The notes: generated by a model from the letters alone, not told the origin. 64,000 nt of DNA from Bacteriovoracaceae bacterium (GCA_041586955.1 JBFGZE010000003.1:34855-98854); one strand, 5' to 3'; positions 10,845 to 23,649 are shown, counted from the first letter of the stretch. Program-made: numbers and translations.

Positions 10845-11361
10845 GATTCACAACCTCACTCGCGCCATGTTTTTTCATAATAGTGCTAACTTGATCGAAG
10901 TCGATGGCAGCGTTATTATGTTCAATGGCCAGAACAAAACTATAATTGGTCATATTCGCATCTAAGATGGTTTCTTTTTTCCCTGGGAATAATCCACAAC
11001 GATATAAGAAAAAGGCCACTGTAATAAGGGCACCCATCAATACTGTAATTTCGAACGCCACAGGTATAAAAGCGACAAAAGAATTAAATGGCTTACCACC
11101 AATATTCAAGGGCCAACTATATTTCGATGTCCAAACTTGGAAATAAATGGCCACAAGGCAGCCAAATAGACAGGCGAAAAATGTAATAATTGGTAATCGC
11201 GAACGCTTAATTTCTAATAGCTCATCCAACCCATGCACAGGAAAGGGGGTATAGATGTCGAGAATCGGTATATTATAATCTCGCAAGCTTTTCCCGGCCT
11301 CGATCAAATGTTCCTCGTCTTCAAAAACGCCAAAAATTAATTTCCGGTTAGCATTTTTCAT
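10837..11361 (-). CDS. actD: Alternative complex III subunit ActD (DUF3341)
   Basis: '[10 protein letters not shown]', 'WPLNIGGKP', '[11 protein letters not shown]'; start trimmed to MKNANR. Confidence 0.92.
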   Translation of the reverse strand: MKNANRKLIFGVFEDEEHLIEAGKSLRDYNIPILDIYTPFPVHGLDELLEIKRSRLPIITFFACLFGCLVAIYFQVWTSKYSWPLNIGGKPFNSFVAFIPVAFEITVLMGALITVAFFLYRCGLFPGKKETILDANMTNYSFVLAIEHNNAAIDFDQVSTIMKKHGASEVVNHG

Positions 11362-12724
11362 TTTTATTCCTTGCAAATTTCAATACTGTTTTAACCTCAG
11401 CTACGTTGATAGCTGGGAGAAAGCGGACAAAAAGTAAAAATAATGTAAAGAAAAGTCCAAAGCTTCCTATAAAAGTGATCACTTCAATTTTTGTTGGTGA
11501 ATAACTCGCCCAGCTTGAGGGTAAATAATCCCGATGTAGTGAGGTGACAATAATCACAAATCGCTCAAACCACATGCCAATATTAACAATAATGGAAAGG
11601 ATAAAAACGGCTGCCACATTCGTTCTTATTTTTTTAAACCAAAAAAAGTGGGGAGAGATAACATTACAGGTTACCATAATCCAATAGGCCCAGCACATGG
11701 GCCCAGTCGCACGATTGATAAAAGCATATCTCTCATATTCATTACCTGAATACCAGGCGACAAAGAATTCTGTCATATAGGCCAGAGATACAAACATCCC
11801 AGTTAAAAGAACAATCTTGCACATCGCCTCAATATGGCCCATGGTAATGTAATTTTCAAAATTCATCACCTTACGGGTAATGATCAATAAAGTTAATACC
11901 ATTGCAAAGCCAGAAAAAACCGCACCTGCCACAAAATAGGGTGGCAAAATAGTAGTATGCCAGCCTGGTATAACCGAAGTCGCAAAGTCAAAAGAAACAA
12001 TGGTATGAACTGAAACAACCAATGGAGTGGCCAACCCTGCTAAAATAAGACATAGCATTTCATAACGATGCCAAGTTCGATGAGACCCGTTCCACCCAAA
12101 ACTAAAGAAACGGTATATACTCTTTTTGATGCCAGTCTTTGCTCTATCCCGCAAGGAAGCGAAGTCAGGAATCATCCCAACATACCAAAAGACCGCAGAA
12201 ACAATAAAGTAGGTACTAATGGCAAAAACATCCCATAATAATGGTGATCTAAAATTAACCCATAAGGTTCCCCGCATATTAGGATAGGGAAAAACCCAAT
12301 GAGCAAGCCAAGGACGCCCCATATGGATAATAGGAAAAATACCGGCACACATGACCGCAAAAATGGTCATCGCCTCTGCGGCACGGTTAACCGACGTTCT
12401 CCACTTTTGACGAAATAAAAGAAGAATGGCAGAGATCAAAGTACCTGCATGGCCAATACCAACCCAAAACACGAAATTGGTAATATCCCATGCCCAGCCG
12501 ACGGTTTTATTAAGACCCCAAGTTCCTATGCCATAAATGATCTGATAGGAAACAGCTGCGATTCCCATAACCAAGGCACAGATAGAAATTGAAAGACCAA
12601 TATACCAAAGCTTACTTGGTGAGCCCTCAACAGACTTAAAAACATCGTCAGAAATCTCTTTATATGATCGAAACTTCGTTATAAGAGGATTTCTCAATTT
12701 TGAAGTATGCGTATCTGCAGACAT
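11348..12724 (-). CDS. actC: Alternative complex III quinol-oxidising subunit ActC (NrfD/PsrC family)
   Basis: '[18 protein letters not shown]', 'NRAAEAMT', 'HMGRPW', 'SPLLWD', '[10 protein letters not shown]'. Confidence 0.95.
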   Translation of the reverse strand: MSADTHTSKLRNPLITKFRSYKEISDDVFKSVEGSPSKLWYIGLSISICALVMGIAAVSYQIIYGIGTWGLNKTVGWAWDITNFVFWVGIGHAGTLISAILLLFRQKWRTSVNRAAEAMTIFAVMCAGIFPIIHMGRPWLAHWVFPYPNMRGTLWVNFRSPLLWDVFAISTYFIVSAVFWYVGMIPDFASLRDRAKTGIKKSIYRFFSFGWNGSHRTWHRYEMLCLILAGLATPLVVSVHTIVSFDFATSVIPGWHTTILPPYFVAGAVFSGFAMVLTLLIITRKVMNFENYITMGHIEAMCKIVLLTGMFVSLAYMTEFFVAWYSGNEYERYAFINRATGPMCWAYWIMVTCNVISPHFFWFKKIRTNVAAVFILSIIVNIGMWFERFVIIVTSLHRDYLPSSWASYSPTKIEVITFIGSFGLFFTLFLLFVRFLPAINVAEVKTVLKFARNKNEKC

Positions 12725-12729
12725 ATATC

Positions 12730-15666
12730 CTACCCCTTATTCCTTACTTTTGTGAGATAATTAACCCTCGGTTGAATATTTAATTCCTCGAGTAGTCGGT
12801 ATTTTCTTGCATTTTTTAATAGGGTCGAGATTTTACTTTTTGGATCGTTTAAATTACCAAAAACAATCGCATCCCCAGGACAACTTTGCTGACAGGCCAA
12901 TTGGATATCTCCGTCTTTAAGCGGGCGTTCCTCTTTTTTGGCGACAAGTTTTGACTCTTGAATACGTTGGATACACATCGAACATTTTTCCATAACCCCA
13001 CGTGATCTCACTACGATGTCAGGATTGAGCACCATATTTTCGTATTTATCATCATGTGCATAATCAAACCAATTGAAGCGCCTTACTTTATAAGGACAAT
13101 TATTGGCACAATAACGAGTCCCAACACAGCGATTATAGACCTGCTGATTAAGTCCATCAGAACTCTGCACGGTGGCAATGACTGGACAGACAGTTTCGCA
13201 AGGAGCGTTATCACAATGCTGACACATAATGGGCTGATGAACGACTTCAGGATTTTCTTCATCACCTTTATAATAGCGGTCAATTCGTAACCAATGCATC
13301 TCACGACGACTATGAACTTCTTTCTTTCCAACAACTGGTACGTTATTTTCAGCGTTACAAGAGATAATACAGCCCGAGCAACCGGTACATTTATTAAGAT
13401 CTATGGCCATGCCCCATTGCTCACCACTTTGATCGTGCTTACCCCACATCGAGACAAGCTTAATTGATGGTTTATTACCGGCATGGTTATCGACCTTCCA
13501 TTCCTTTAATGTCGTTTCACGAACAATATCTCGTCCCTCCATTGAATGATGGGTTTGAGTCAAGGCCATCTCCCTTTTTTCAGGGGTTATATCAACCTTA
13601 ACGTCTGTCGCAATATTATTAAAAGAACCATTAGAAAATTGAACGAATGGAAAGGCATTCCCACCAAGATTTTTGGCAACTTTCCCCGCCACGCTGCGAC
13701 CGTACCCGTAGGCAACCCCAATCATATTTTCGCGTACTCCAGGCTGCACAATAATAGGAAGTACTAAGGTAACTTTATCTGTCGCAACCTTGATAACTTG
13801 ACCTGTTTTTAAGTTTTGTTTTTTAGCGTCAATGGGACTAATAAGAAAGTAATTATCCCATGTCGCTTTGGTTATCGGGTCGGGTAATTCCTGTAACCAA
13901 GGATTATTGATCATATCCCCCGCGCGCATGCCTACCTTTTGGTAACCAATTAAAGTCATGCCTTTATTTAGAGTTGCCTTCACAAGACGTGCATAGGAAA
14001 GGGCCACTACATTTTTTGCAAGATCTGATTTTTTGCTAAGTGAAGAATTCATTAATGAGAGTCCGTCATGGACGGTATGATTCCAAAACTCATGAAACAA
14101 CATTTTTTTTGTTTGCATTTTGAAGAATTTAATCTCTGCATTTTTCTTGAGAAAATCATAGTATTTAGTTGTTGAACCTGCCAATTTTAATAATGTCTCT
14201 TGCGCCATACGCGAACCAAACAATGGCTGAATAACAGGTTGAGAGTAAGTGAGAACATTAGGCGCTTGAAAATAATCATCCCATGACTCAAGAAAATGAT
14301 TCATCGGCAACACATAATTACACAAGACTGAGGTTTCATCATCAGCGGAGGCAAACGAACATCTTGTCACAACTTTTTTCAATGCCTTAGTAAAACGTTG
14401 AGTGTCGCGATAATGATAGGCCAAATTCGTATCCCAAAAAAGAACCGCTCCTATTTCTCCCGCCTCCATTGTAGAAATCAAGTCTTCCGTTTCTTGATCT
14501 TTTGGCCCTTTAAAATAAGGATTCTCATAAAGATCAATCGTTTCACCATAATTATCAAGAAGTGAATTCAAAGCATTAACCATGATTTGAATATCTTTAT
14601 TTTGTGATCCGGAGAGAATGACGGACTTTCCTTTTTTCTCCCATAACTCACCGGCAATTTGACTAACAAGCTCACGATTAGTACCAGGCAATTGTTGACC
14701 TGGAGGTAATAACGAGCGTCCGGCCTTTCGCTGTATCTCAGCGAGGAGATTTATGATAAAACTTTTTTCCTCCTCGGGCGTAACACTGAAGCGTTGATCA
14801 GCATTACTACCAGTAAGAGTCATTAATGATTCAAATTGGTAATGTTTAGATAAGGTATTATGAATTGTTAAATCCCTACGGGATGTATATTGTTTTGTGT
14901 ACTCTACTGGAGAAAGCCATGTTCCTAAAAAGTCTGCGGAAAAACTGACAATGAGATCGGCCCGATCTAAAGAAATCGTTGGGTAAACGGCATTAGAAAA
15001 ACATTCCTCGTTCGCCCTTAAAATGGCACTTTGAGAAGTTGGCTCAAATACCACATGATCGAAATTTGAATATTTCTCCTTCAGTTGCGCAATGATATCA
15101 AGAGTAGAAGGGCTAGAAATTGTTCTCGTGACTAGAACGATCTTTTTTTCCTTATCATTAGCATTATTTAAGGCCGCCTCAAGTTTCTTATCAATATTGG
15201 CCCATTCGATAGGTTTGCCATCTAATAGAGGACCTTTAAAACGTGAAGAATTATAGAGAGAGAGAACACTGGCCTGATCAGTCCCGAAAGTTCCTCCTTT
15301 AGTAATAGGAGAAAGACTATTCCCCTCAATCTTTATCGGTCTCCCCTCCCTTGTTTTGACTAATAAGGAGCTTCCCTTCATTGGATCCATGCTGGTGGCA
15401 TACCAATTGGCGACACCAGGAGTCACCTGATCAGATTTATAAAGGTAGGGAATAGCTTTTTTGACAGGTATTCGCATACAGGAGGCGAGAGGTATCGCGG
15501 TAAAGGAAAATCCCATCACTTTTAAAAAGCTACGACGATCTTTTTTAATACTTCCGATATCAAATTGAAGTTCCCCTTCACCAAACTCAGATTTTAAGTG
15601 CTCAGGATCTAAAACTTTGTTTTCAACATCTTGCCAATAGGTAGTGTTATTTTTTTTCATTTTCAT
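12730..15666 (-). CDS. actB: Alternative complex III subunit ActB (molybdopterin-oxidoreductase-like + Fe-S fusion, Tat lipoprotein)
   Basis: Twin-arginine 'RRSFLK' + lipobox LASC, '[10 protein letters not shown]', '[13 protein letters not shown]', C-terminal Fe-S motifs [27 protein letters not shown]. Confidence 0.95.
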   Translation of the reverse strand: MKMKKNNTTYWQDVENKVLDPEHLKSEFGEGELQFDIGSIKKDRRSFLKVMGFSFTAIPLASCMRIPVKKAIPYLYKSDQVTPGVANWYATSMDPMKGSSLLVKTREGRPIKIEGNSLSPITKGGTFGTDQASVLSLYNSSRFKGPLLDGKPIEWANIDKKLEAALNNANDKEKKIVLVTRTISSPSTLDIIAQLKEKYSNFDHVVFEPTSQSAILRANEECFSNAVYPTISLDRADLIVSFSADFLGTWLSPVEYTKQYTSRRDLTIHNTLSKHYQFESLMTLTGSNADQRFSVTPEEEKSFIINLLAEIQRKAGRSLLPPGQQLPGTNRELVSQIAGELWEKKGKSVILSGSQNKDIQIMVNALNSLLDNYGETIDLYENPYFKGPKDQETEDLISTMEAGEIGAVLFWDTNLAYHYRDTQRFTKALKKVVTRCSFASADDETSVLCNYVLPMNHFLESWDDYFQAPNVLTYSQPVIQPLFGSRMAQETLLKLAGSTTKYYDFLKKNAEIKFFKMQTKKMLFHEFWNHTVHDGLSLMNSSLSKKSDLAKNVVALSYARLVKATLNKGMTLIGYQKVGMRAGDMINNPWLQELPDPITKATWDNYFLISPIDAKKQNLKTGQVIKVATDKVTLVLPIIVQPGVRENMIGVAYGYGRSVAGKVAKNLGGNAFPFVQFSNGSFNNIATDVKVDITPEKREMALTQTHHSMEGRDIVRETTLKEWKVDNHAGNKPSIKLVSMWGKHDQSGEQWGMAIDLNKCTGCSGCIISCNAENNVPVVGKKEVHSRREMHWLRIDRYYKGDEENPEVVHQPIMCQHCDNAPCETVCPVIATVQSSDGLNQQVYNRCVGTRYCANNCPYKVRRFNWFDYAHDDKYENMVLNPDIVVRSRGVMEKCSMCIQRIQESKLVAKKEERPLKDGDIQLACQQSCPGDAIVFGNLNDPKSKISTLLKNARKYRLLEELNIQPRVNYLTKVRNKG

Positions 15667-15688
15667 GGTCCCTATTCTTACTTAGCTC

Positions 15689-16237
15689 TTAATAATGGCA
15701 TCTAGCACAATCTCCGCCGGCCCTACTTTTATGATCATCTGGCGCGGCAATATTATTTTGACGATGGCAATCTAAACACCAGCCCATATTAAGAGCATTT
15801 TCTTGCTTTAAGCGAGTCATCGTCTCTACCGGGCCATGACATTCTTGGCAGGAAATCTTACCCACCCGAACATGTTGACTATGATTAAAATAAGCAAAAT
15901 CAGGAAAGTGATGAACTTTTTGCCATTCAATCTTTGCACCACCTGCAACCGCATCTTTAATCTTTTTAATTTCTGGCGAATCTTTTCTAATTTGATTGTG
16001 GCAATTTAAGCAAAGCTCTGTTGGTGGTATCCCAGCATGCCTCCCCTGCTCGGCGCCAAAATGGCAGTACAAACATTGAATTTGATTTTCACCAGCATGA
16101 ATTTTATGAGAAAAATTAATTGGTTGCTGGGGTTCATAATCAACATTAAAGTTCACCATTCGGGCTTCATAGGTAAAGGCGACAGAAACCCCAATGACAA
16201 TCACCAAACATATTAAAAAGATAAGTTTATTTTTCAT
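15689..16237 (-). CDS. actA: Alternative complex III penta-heme cytochrome c ActA
   Basis: N-terminal TM, 'PQQPINFSHKIH', five CxxCH (CLYCH, CLNCH, CQECH, CLDCH, CARCH). Confidence 0.92.
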   Translation of the reverse strand: MKNKLIFLICLVIVIGVSVAFTYEARMVNFNVDYEPQQPINFSHKIHAGENQIQCLYCHFGAEQGRHAGIPPTELCLNCHNQIRKDSPEIKKIKDAVAGGAKIEWQKVHHFPDFAYFNHSQHVRVGKISCQECHGPVETMTRLKQENALNMGWCLDCHRQNNIAAPDDHKSRAGGDCARCHY

Positions 16238-16248
16238 ATTCCGGCCTA

Positions 16249-16938
16249 TTAAAATCTATTACGTTTCTGCTTTCTGTCATCATTCCAAATCACGACTTGC
16301 CATGAGCGCCAAATATAATGGATAGGAAGTACTAAAAAGTGTAATAAACGAGTAAATGGAAGTACTGCAATAATAAAAAAGGCATTTGCCATATGAAGTT
16401 TAACTGGCCATGGCATCGCCGAGACATACTGCATATCAGGGCTAAAGGAGAACAAGGACCTTAAATAAGGCACCATTGAAGTGGCATACCAATTAAATCC
16501 CCAACGATAATTAATCGCGGTCAAAACCCCTGTTAAAACTTGGACAAGAAGTAATAACAAGATAAAAATATCCATGCGGCTTGTGACGACCCGAACTCGT
16601 TTATTCTCAAATCTTCTTCGTATTAAGACAATGAGGCCAAAGAGTGCCATCAATCCAAAAATAAGAGAAAAGACTTCAATGACAAGGAGTCTCCAGGGGA
16701 CACTACCAAATGCAATCATTTCGCGGGGAAATAAAAATCCTAAAAGGTGGCCTGTCAGAACGACGATGATACCATAATGCCAAGGAACTGATCCCCAAAA
16801 TAAGTGGTCACTCTCTAGAAATTCAGAGGACAAGGAAGTAAACCTATAGCTATTTGTAAAATACCTAGTTAGTGAAACCACCAGCATGACCGTCAAGGCG
16901 ACGTAAGGAAAAATAACGAAGAGAAATAAATTTAACAT
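16249..16938 (-). CDS. narI: Respiratory nitrate reductase gamma subunit (cytochrome b)
   Basis: 'FPYVAL', 'TSLSSEFLE', four heme His (WHYG..GH; KLH..PFTRLLH). Confidence 0.95.
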   Translation of the reverse strand: MLNLFLFVIFPYVALTVMLVVSLTRYFTNSYRFTSLSSEFLESDHLFWGSVPWHYGIIVVLTGHLLGFLFPREMIAFGSVPWRLLVIEVFSLIFGLMALFGLIVLIRRRFENKRVRVVTSRMDIFILLLLLVQVLTGVLTAINYRWGFNWYATSMVPYLRSLFSFSPDMQYVSAMPWPVKLHMANAFFIIAVLPFTRLLHFLVLPIHYIWRSWQVVIWNDDRKQKRNRF

Positions 16939-17477
16939 ACAGGTCCTCCAAAAATGGTTCGATCTATTGTATATTCCGTCTTAAACACAGATTCGATGGC
17001 CCTTAGGACATTCGAGTAAAAGTTATTAGCGGTTAGTTCATTTTGAAAATTTGACAGCATTTTCTCTAAGGCCGGTAAAAGAATCTTTTCAGATAATTCT
17101 TTTTTGTCGTCCTCATTGATTACTGACATTAATTTTAAAAAGTTAGTGAGGTGATCAGGAAGTTCAACTCCTGTTTCAACATTATTCTCTTTTTGTAGTC
17201 GCTGAATATTGACCAAAAACTCACCTCGTTTATAATCTTCTCCAAAAAGAACATAACCTATGTCTAAACAACACAGACCTTTAATATCAAAAGTTCGAGT
17301 GTAGATTTCCTCTAGTTCATCTAAGTCTTGCTTGTTGACATAATCCTCAAAGCCTAATAATAGCTTTGATGCCTCGGGATATTGATCTTTCATCTGATCA
17401 ATTCCAGATTTTAGGGACGATTTGAAATCAGCACGTGGATAATCTGAAATCGTTGATAGGATTTGATAGGCGTCCAT
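16932..17477 (-). CDS. narJ: Nitrate reductase chaperone
   Basis: 'YTRTFD', 'FGEDYKRG', 'ELPDHL'; between narH and narI. Confidence 0.9.
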   Translation of the reverse strand: MDAYQILSTISDYPRADFKSSLKSGIDQMKDQYPEASKLLLGFEDYVNKQDLDELEEIYTRTFDIKGLCCLDIGYVLFGEDYKRGEFLVNIQRLQKENNVETGVELPDHLTNFLKLMSVINEDDKKELSEKILLPALEKMLSNFQNELTANNFYSNVLRAIESVFKTEYTIDRTIFGGPVC

Positions 17478-17479
17478 CG

Positions 17480-18970
17480 TTATTTCACCCTTTTTGGTTT
17501 CTCATTAAAACCAAATCCAGTTTCACCCTTATGCTCAAGAACCATTTTGGTCATTTCAATTGCTTCTTCACGATGGGAAGGAGGAATCACAAACCTTTCT
17601 TCAAATGTACATAGGGAAGACAATTTAAAGACATCATCTGCCATTTTAGCGGTCAGACCAGCTTCATTGAGAGAACCGACGGCATGCTCACCGGGCAAGT
17701 CCCCAACGGTCTCACTACGACGATGGATTCTTACGGCCATTAATTTTTTAAGGATATCTCGAACACGACCTTGGTCACCTGCAGAAAAGAGACTCGCCAA
17801 ATACTTAATCGGTAAGCGACAATCGTCGATGCTGGTAAAATATGTTTGTTTGGCGTGATCATAAAGATTATCTGTCACATTACCCATAATTGGTAAAAGA
17901 GGTGGAACATAAAATAGCATGGGAACAGTTCTGTGTTCAGCGTGTAAAGGTAATGCCAATCCCCATTCTTTGACCCATTTATATACTGGTGACTTCTGTG
18001 CTGCTTCAATCATTGAATCAGCAATTCCATTCTTCTTACACTCTTTAATGACTTCAGGGTCAAAAGGATCGACGATGGCATCCATTTGGGCATCAATTAA
18101 TTTATCTTCGTCCATATGAGCAATTTCTTTTATTTTGTCGGCGTCATAAAGAAGAACACCTAAATAACGAATTCGTCCGACACACGAGTGAAAACATGCA
18201 GGTGCTTCACCAACTTCGAGACGAGGGAAGCAGAGAATACATTTCTCTGATTTACCGCTGGCCCAATTATAATATGTCTTTTTATAGGGACAAGCTGTAA
18301 CGCACATTCTCCAAGCACGGCATTTTTCTTGGTTAATAAGAACAACACCATCCTCACCTCTTTTATAAATTGCTCCAGATGGGCAGCTGGCAAGGCAAGC
18401 AGGATTTAAACAATGATTACAAATACGGGGTAAATACATCATTACCAAACGTTCTAGCTTAAACATCTCTTCTTGCTCTTGTGCTGTTAGAGCAGAGAAA
18501 TTTGGATCGTTTTTAGCGTAAATTTCAGAACCGCCTAAATCATCATCCCAATTGGGGCCTGATTTGACCTCAATTTGCTCACCTGTAATAAGTGATATGG
18601 GACGGGCCGTTGGTTGATCATTTCCTTCTGGAGAATCGATTAAGTCTGAATAGGTATAAGTCCATGGTTCATAATAATCTTCAATGACAGGCAAATTAGG
18701 ATTATGAAAAATATTTTTTAGTCCTCTAAATTTACCGGCACCTCGAAGGTTAACTTTACCACCCTCTTTTATCCAGCCACCCTTATAATCGTTTTGATCT
18801 TCCCAGCGATACGGATAACCCGTTCCAGGCTTTGTCTCAACGTTATTCCACCACATGTACTCCGCGCCTTTGCGATCAGTCCAAAGGTTTTTACAAGCAA
18901 TGGAACAGGTATGACATCCGATACATTTGTCGAGATGAAAAACCATTGAAATTTGCGATTTAATATCCAT
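17480..18970 (-). CDS. narH: Respiratory nitrate reductase beta subunit
   Basis: 'LDKCIGCHTCS', 'WWNNVETKPG', 'PRICNHCLNPAC', 'CPYKK', 'CVGRIRYLG'. Confidence 0.98.
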   Translation of the reverse strand: MDIKSQISMVFHLDKCIGCHTCSIACKNLWTDRKGAEYMWWNNVETKPGTGYPYRWEDQNDYKGGWIKEGGKVNLRGAGKFRGLKNIFHNPNLPVIEDYYEPWTYTYSDLIDSPEGNDQPTARPISLITGEQIEVKSGPNWDDDLGGSEIYAKNDPNFSALTAQEQEEMFKLERLVMMYLPRICNHCLNPACLASCPSGAIYKRGEDGVVLINQEKCRAWRMCVTACPYKKTYYNWASGKSEKCILCFPRLEVGEAPACFHSCVGRIRYLGVLLYDADKIKEIAHMDEDKLIDAQMDAIVDPFDPEVIKECKKNGIADSMIEAAQKSPVYKWVKEWGLALPLHAEHRTVPMLFYVPPLLPIMGNVTDNLYDHAKQTYFTSIDDCRLPIKYLASLFSAGDQGRVRDILKKLMAVRIHRRSETVGDLPGEHAVGSLNEAGLTAKMADDVFKLSSLCTFEERFVIPPSHREEAIEMTKMVLEHKGETGFGFNEKPKRVK

Positions 18971-19015
18971 AATTTATACCTTTCTATCCTCATTCCTTTA
19001 TTTAACGACCAAATT

Positions 19016-22000
19016 TTACCAATCAACCTTATCTAATTTGCGGACCAAGATATGAGTATCTCTATTGACCCCAGTCGGCCCCCAATAATTAAAATGATAA
19101 GTAAATTGAGCATAACCGCCCATCATCAAATTCGGTTTCAAATGAACTCTGGTAAGAGAGTTATTCATACCCGCTCGGCGATTTCCTCGACTAGGGGATT
19201 TTGGAGTCCCATAAGTCCTTTCCGTTGCGTGATAAACAATACAAACACCTGGCGGAATACGAGCACTCACGTTGGCCCGCGTGACAACAACACCATTATC
19301 ATTAATGACTTCCACATAATCATTGTCTTTAATGTCTAATTTGGCCGCATCCTCAGGACTCATCCAAAATGGCTCTGCTCCCCTAGAAAGAGTCAACATG
19401 CGAAGAGTGTCACCATAGGTCGAGTGAATATGCCACTTCCCATGAGGAGTTAAATAATTGAGACGTAAACAATTTCCTTCAGGTTTAGTAACTCGAAGGT
19501 CTCCATAGGCTTCAGGGCTCGGCGATGGTTTATACGTTGGTAAATTCTCACCAAAGGAAATATAGCCTTCATGATCTAAATACAGACTTTGACGACCGGT
19601 TAACGTTCTCCAGGGAACCATACGATCGACATTATAAGTAAAGGCGGAATAAGTTCGACCATTTTCAATAATGCCCGACCAGATAGGACTTGAATGAAGC
19701 CTTTTTGGTGCCGCCTGAATGTCCTTAAAGTTCATTCTCACGCCTCTATTTTTTTCCGCGAGATCCTTTAATTTCAGTCCTGTTATTTTTTCCATCCCCT
19801 CGTAAGCACGGTAGGCCAACTCGCCATTAGTCTCTGAAGCAAAGGCCAAAATGGTATTACAAACATCATACCCATCTTCTAATGAGGGATAGGTATTGCC
19901 ATCAAATTCATGAGTCGTTTGCGTTTTCATGCGCTCATCATACATATCAGAGATATCGTATTTTACACCATGGGCCCCAATGCCGTTATTACGAGCGTTT
20001 GGACCAAATGAGCAAAATTTGTCATAAATCTTGGTATAATCTCTTTCCGTAACCACTAATTTATACATCGACTTACCAAGTTCGGGCTCACATTCACCCT
20101 TCGCCCAGTCTTTAATGCTCGGTTGAGATAATTCATCAATTGTATCGTGTTGCAATGGAACTGAGACGATGTCTTTAACAGGTCCTGTGAAGTGCTTTTT
20201 CGCAAGCTCTGAGGTAACTTTAGCAATACTTTTAAAGGTATCCCAATCTGACTTTGACTCCCAAACAGGAGGGATGGCCTTGGCCAATGGGTGAATAAAA
20301 GTATGCATATCGGTGGTATTTAAATCAAATTTTTCATACCAAGAAGCCGCCGGTAAAACGATATCAGAATAAAGAGCACTAGTGTCCATTCTAAAATTGA
20401 TATCGACAACTAAATCCATTTTTCCAGTAGGAGCTTCTTCATACCACTTAATCTCTTTAACAGAGTCCTTGGCACATTCAGGAGCGATCTTATTGGTATG
20501 TGTTCCTAGATAATGATTAAGGAAATATTCGTGTCCCTTAGCTGAGGTGCCGATGGCATTTCCACGCCAAATATACCAAACTCTGGGAAAACTTTCTGGC
20601 GCATCAATATCCTCAATCGCCGGTGTAATTTTCTTATTAACGACCTTATCAAATACAAATTTCTTGATATCGTCATCTGTAGAAGCCCCCCCCTCTTGTG
20701 CCTCTTTACAAAGGTTAAGGGAGTTTTCTTTATACTGAGGATAAAACGGAAGCCAACCATTTCTGACCGCCTTCGCATTAAGATCGGCCGTATGGCCTTT
20801 TGAAATAGGATCTTCTTCAGGAGACGCATTGATCTCATTATAATCACCGTCATAACGCCATTGATCTGTATGCATATAATGCCAAGATGGCGCGTTTTGT
20901 AAACGAACCGGAGCTTGCCAATCTTTTGCAAAGGCAATCGCTCCCCATGGTGCAGCTGGTGCTAGTTTTTCCTGACCAACATAATGGTTTAGGCCACCAC
21001 CATTTTTTCCGACACAACCGCAAAGAATAAGAGCATTTTGAGCGGCCCGATAAATTAAATTATTATGGTACCAATGATCGATCCCTGCTCCGATGATGAC
21101 GGAACATTTCCCTTCAGTGGAGGCCGCAGTATTGCCCCAATCTCTCGCAAAATTAATGACCGTTTCTTGACCAATTCCGGTGAAGCGCTCTTGCCACGCA
21201 GGAGTATAAGAAGCCGTTTCATCATTATAATCACTGGGGTAATCACCAGCTAACCCTCTACCGACTCCGTATTGCGCCATTAATAAATCGTATACTGTTG
21301 TGACAGGAACTTTTTTTCCGTCATTCGTTTCGATATAGCGAACAGGAACACCTCGTTTATAATTATTGTCTAAACCAAACTCGGTAAATTCAACCTGCAA
21401 TACTTCATCATGATTATTTAAAAGAGTTAAGCTGGGATTAATTGGACTATCATCGAGAGTATCCTTTAACTCAAGGTTCCATTGCCCCTTTTTCTCTTGC
21501 CAGCGATGCCCCATGGTCCCCTTAGGCATTTTAAGTTCATTCGATTCCTCATCGAGAACAAGAAATTTCCAATCCCCATGTTCTTCTTGGGCATATTTAT
21601 CGACTCTACCAGCTCTTAAAAAGCGCCCTGGCCTAAAACCACCATCCTTTTCGGTGACTTCTACTAAAAATGGGTTATCTGTATATTTCTTTTGGTAATC
21701 CATGAAATAGGGCGTTTGCTTTTCATGGTGAAATTCCTTCATAAGGACATGAACAACAGACATCCAAAAAGCGCCATCTTGCCCAGCGTGAACAGGAACC
21801 CATTCATCACCAAACTTCGCTACCTGATTAAAGTCCGGAGAAAAAACCGTCACCTTTGTGCCATTCATCTTCGCTTCAGGAATAAAATGGCAATCAGGTG
21901 TTCTAGTCATATTTAGATTGGCACCCATGATGGCAATCATCTTGGAATTATACCAATCAGCAGATTCACCAACATCAGTTTGCTCACCCCATGTTTCAGG

Positions 22001-22633
22001 AGATGATGGAGGTAAATCGCAATACCAATCATAAAAAGATAAACAGACACCACCCATCAATTGAAGAAATCGGGCACCTGAAGCATAACTAATTTGTGAC
22101 ATGGCAGGAATTGGAGAAAATCCTGTAATTCGATCCGGCCCATGATTTTTTACGGTATAAATATTAGAAGCGGCAATCAATTCCAACATTTCATCCCAGG
22201 AGGCCCGTCTAAATCCTCCCTTACCACGCGCCTTTTGATAGCGCTTACGAGCAGAGGGATTATCCTGAATCGATTTCCAAGCGTCGACAGGGTCTTTATG
22301 TTGCTTTTTGGCATCTCTCCATATATCGAGTAGAGCGCCTCTCACATAGGGGTACTTAATACGAATTGGGCTATAGAGATACCAACTAAAGGAAATCCCT
22401 CTTTGACAGCCACGTGGTTCATACGGTGGAATTTCGGGGTTTATGATGGGATAATCAACGGCCTGTAATTCCCAGGTGACAATTCCATCTTTTACGCAAA
22501 CATTCCATGAACAACTACCCGTACAATTCACTCCGTGGGTAGAACGAACAATTTTATCATGTTGAAAGCGATTGCGGTAAAACTCTTCCCACAAACGTGC
22601 TTTTGGTGAAACAATATCGTCAATCCAACTCAT
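19016..22633 (-). CDS. narG: Respiratory nitrate reductase alpha subunit
   Basis: '[13 protein letters not shown]', 'EPRGCQRG', 'GFSPIPAMS', 'FYDWYCDLP', 'TPHGKW.IHS'; no Tat signal. Confidence 0.98.
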   Translation of the reverse strand: MSWIDDIVSPKARLWEEFYRNRFQHDKIVRSTHGVNCTGSCSWNVCVKDGIVTWELQAVDYPIINPEIPPYEPRGCQRGISFSWYLYSPIRIKYPYVRGALLDIWRDAKKQHKDPVDAWKSIQDNPSARKRYQKARGKGGFRRASWDEMLELIAASNIYTVKNHGPDRITGFSPIPAMSQISYASGARFLQLMGGVCLSFYDWYCDLPPSSPETWGEQTDVGESADWYNSKMIAIMGANLNMTRTPDCHFIPEAKMNGTKVTVFSPDFNQVAKFGDEWVPVHAGQDGAFWMSVVHVLMKEFHHEKQTPYFMDYQKKYTDNPFLVEVTEKDGGFRPGRFLRAGRVDKYAQEEHGDWKFLVLDEESNELKMPKGTMGHRWQEKKGQWNLELKDTLDDSPINPSLTLLNNHDEVLQVEFTEFGLDNNYKRGVPVRYIETNDGKKVPVTTVYDLLMAQYGVGRGLAGDYPSDYNDETASYTPAWQERFTGIGQETVINFARDWGNTAASTEGKCSVIIGAGIDHWYHNNLIYRAAQNALILCGCVGKNGGGLNHYVGQEKLAPAAPWGAIAFAKDWQAPVRLQNAPSWHYMHTDQWRYDGDYNEINASPEEDPISKGHTADLNAKAVRNGWLPFYPQYKENSLNLCKEAQEGGASTDDDIKKFVFDKVVNKKITPAIEDIDAPESFPRVWYIWRGNAIGTSAKGHEYFLNHYLGTHTNKIAPECAKDSVKEIKWYEEAPTGKMDLVVDINFRMDTSALYSDIVLPAASWYEKFDLNTTDMHTFIHPLAKAIPPVWESKSDWDTFKSIAKVTSELAKKHFTGPVKDIVSVPLQHDTIDELSQPSIKDWAKGECEPELGKSMYKLVVTERDYTKIYDKFCSFGPNARNNGIGAHGVKYDISDMYDERMKTQTTHEFDGNTYPSLEDGYDVCNTILAFASETNGELAYRAYEGMEKITGLKLKDLAEKNRGVRMNFKDIQAAPKRLHSSPIWSGIIENGRTYSAFTYNVDRMVPWRTLTGRQSLYLDHEGYISFGENLPTYKPSPSPEAYGDLRVTKPEGNCLRLNYLTPHGKWHIHSTYGDTLRMLTLSRGAEPFWMSPEDAAKLDIKDNDYVEVINDNGVVVTRANVSARIPPGVCIVYHATERTYGTPKSPSRGNRRAGMNNSLTRVHLKPNLMMGGYAQFTYHFNYWGPTGVNRDTHILVRKLDKVDW

Positions 22634-22653
22634 ATATAGTCTCCTAGACTTTT

Positions 22654-23448
22654 TTAGTCTCGAAATGGTCTTCGTGTTTTTTTAATTCGGCCTTTCCATA
22701 AAAGATCAAAGGCACCCAGTACTAATAAGAACCCGATGATTCCCAAAAAGAAAAATTTCTTTTTGTGGCCGTTATCAACTTTTTTAGCGCGATCAACGCT
22801 CCATAAATAGGACTTGATTTGATAGGCCTCATCATCTGTCAGGGGGTTTTTCTTATAGAGACGAACCATTGTAGGAAAAGAAACGTTACGAATAACCTTC
22901 GATAGTCCTTTGTCATTATAGCTCGTATAAACATTTGTCAGATCTGGACCCAGTCCGCCGCCACCTAGCAATCCCGCTTCACCTGCACTATGGCAGGATA
23001 AGCAAGAAGGACCGCCATTTTTCAAGCGAGTCGCCCCAGTAAATAAATTTTTACCTTGGTCAATTTCAAAGTCGTTGGCGCTGAGGGCCGATCTTAATTT
23101 TTCTACCGCGGACTTAACCTTACCACTATCAATATAGGCAATAAGCTCTTCCGCCTCGGAATCATCCAACTCTTGGTCAGGCATCTTCTTTCTTTTGTAT
23201 TTCACGAATAATTCGTTAGCGATAGGATCACCCTCTTCAATCATAGACTGGGATTCTTGAATAAAGCGGATAAGCCATTTCTTATCCCGTTTCTTTGAAA
23301 CCCCCTTTAAGTCGGGTCCAACATCGTCACCTTGTCCAACGGTATGGCAACTCATACACTTCTGTTGAAAATAAGTGGCGGGTTCAAAAGCAAGTAAGGG
23401 CGTTAACCCTAGCAAACACAGTAAAATAAAAAGGAAACGATCCTTCAT
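22654..23448 (-). CDS. Membrane-anchored di-heme cytochrome c (NarC-like)
   Basis: Signal peptide, two CxxCH (CMSCH, CLSCH) each followed by GPDL, C-terminal TM; first gene of nar operon. Confidence 0.85.
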   Translation of the reverse strand: MKDRFLFILLCLLGLTPLLAFEPATYFQQKCMSCHTVGQGDDVGPDLKGVSKKRDKKWLIRFIQESQSMIEEGDPIANELFVKYKRKKMPDQELDDSEAEELIAYIDSGKVKSAVEKLRSALSANDFEIDQGKNLFTGATRLKNGGPSCLSCHSAGEAGLLGGGGLGPDLTNVYTSYNDKGLSKVIRNVSFPTMVRLYKKNPLTDDEAYQIKSYLWSVDRAKKVDNGHKKKFFFLGIIGFLLVLGAFDLLWKGRIKKTRRPFRD

Positions 23449-23546
23449 AATGATCCTCTTATTAATAATTGAAGTTCACAAAAAGTAATTAATACTAAAT
23501 TAACGACGCTCACCCGTTTTCAACATGCCATCAATAAGCAAAAAAT

Positions 23547-23560
23547 GTGATAGTTCTCAG
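23547..23560 (-). promoter_or_regulatory. Crp/Fnr-type palindrome upstream of nar-act operon
   Basis: GTGATAGTTCTCAG (TGA-N6-TCA); -10 match is weak here (CATGTT at 23527-23522). Confidence 0.5.
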
Positions 23561-23649
23561 GTTGAATTTTTACGGCATCAATAAATCTTGTTGATACAAT
23601 TCTATAGCTTTTTTTAGGGGAATTTATGAAAGAGGAGAGGACTAGAAGT

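Noticed and set aside
12730..15666. ActB as a second catalytic molybdoenzyme
   Set aside because: Context (ActA, C, D, E, F) and fused Fe-S domain identify ACIII ActB, which lacks Moco
19016..22633. NarG could be nitrite oxidoreductase or periplasmic pNar
   Set aside because: No Tat signal; canonical narGHJI with NarK transporters fits cytoplasm-facing Nar; phylogeny would be needed to say more
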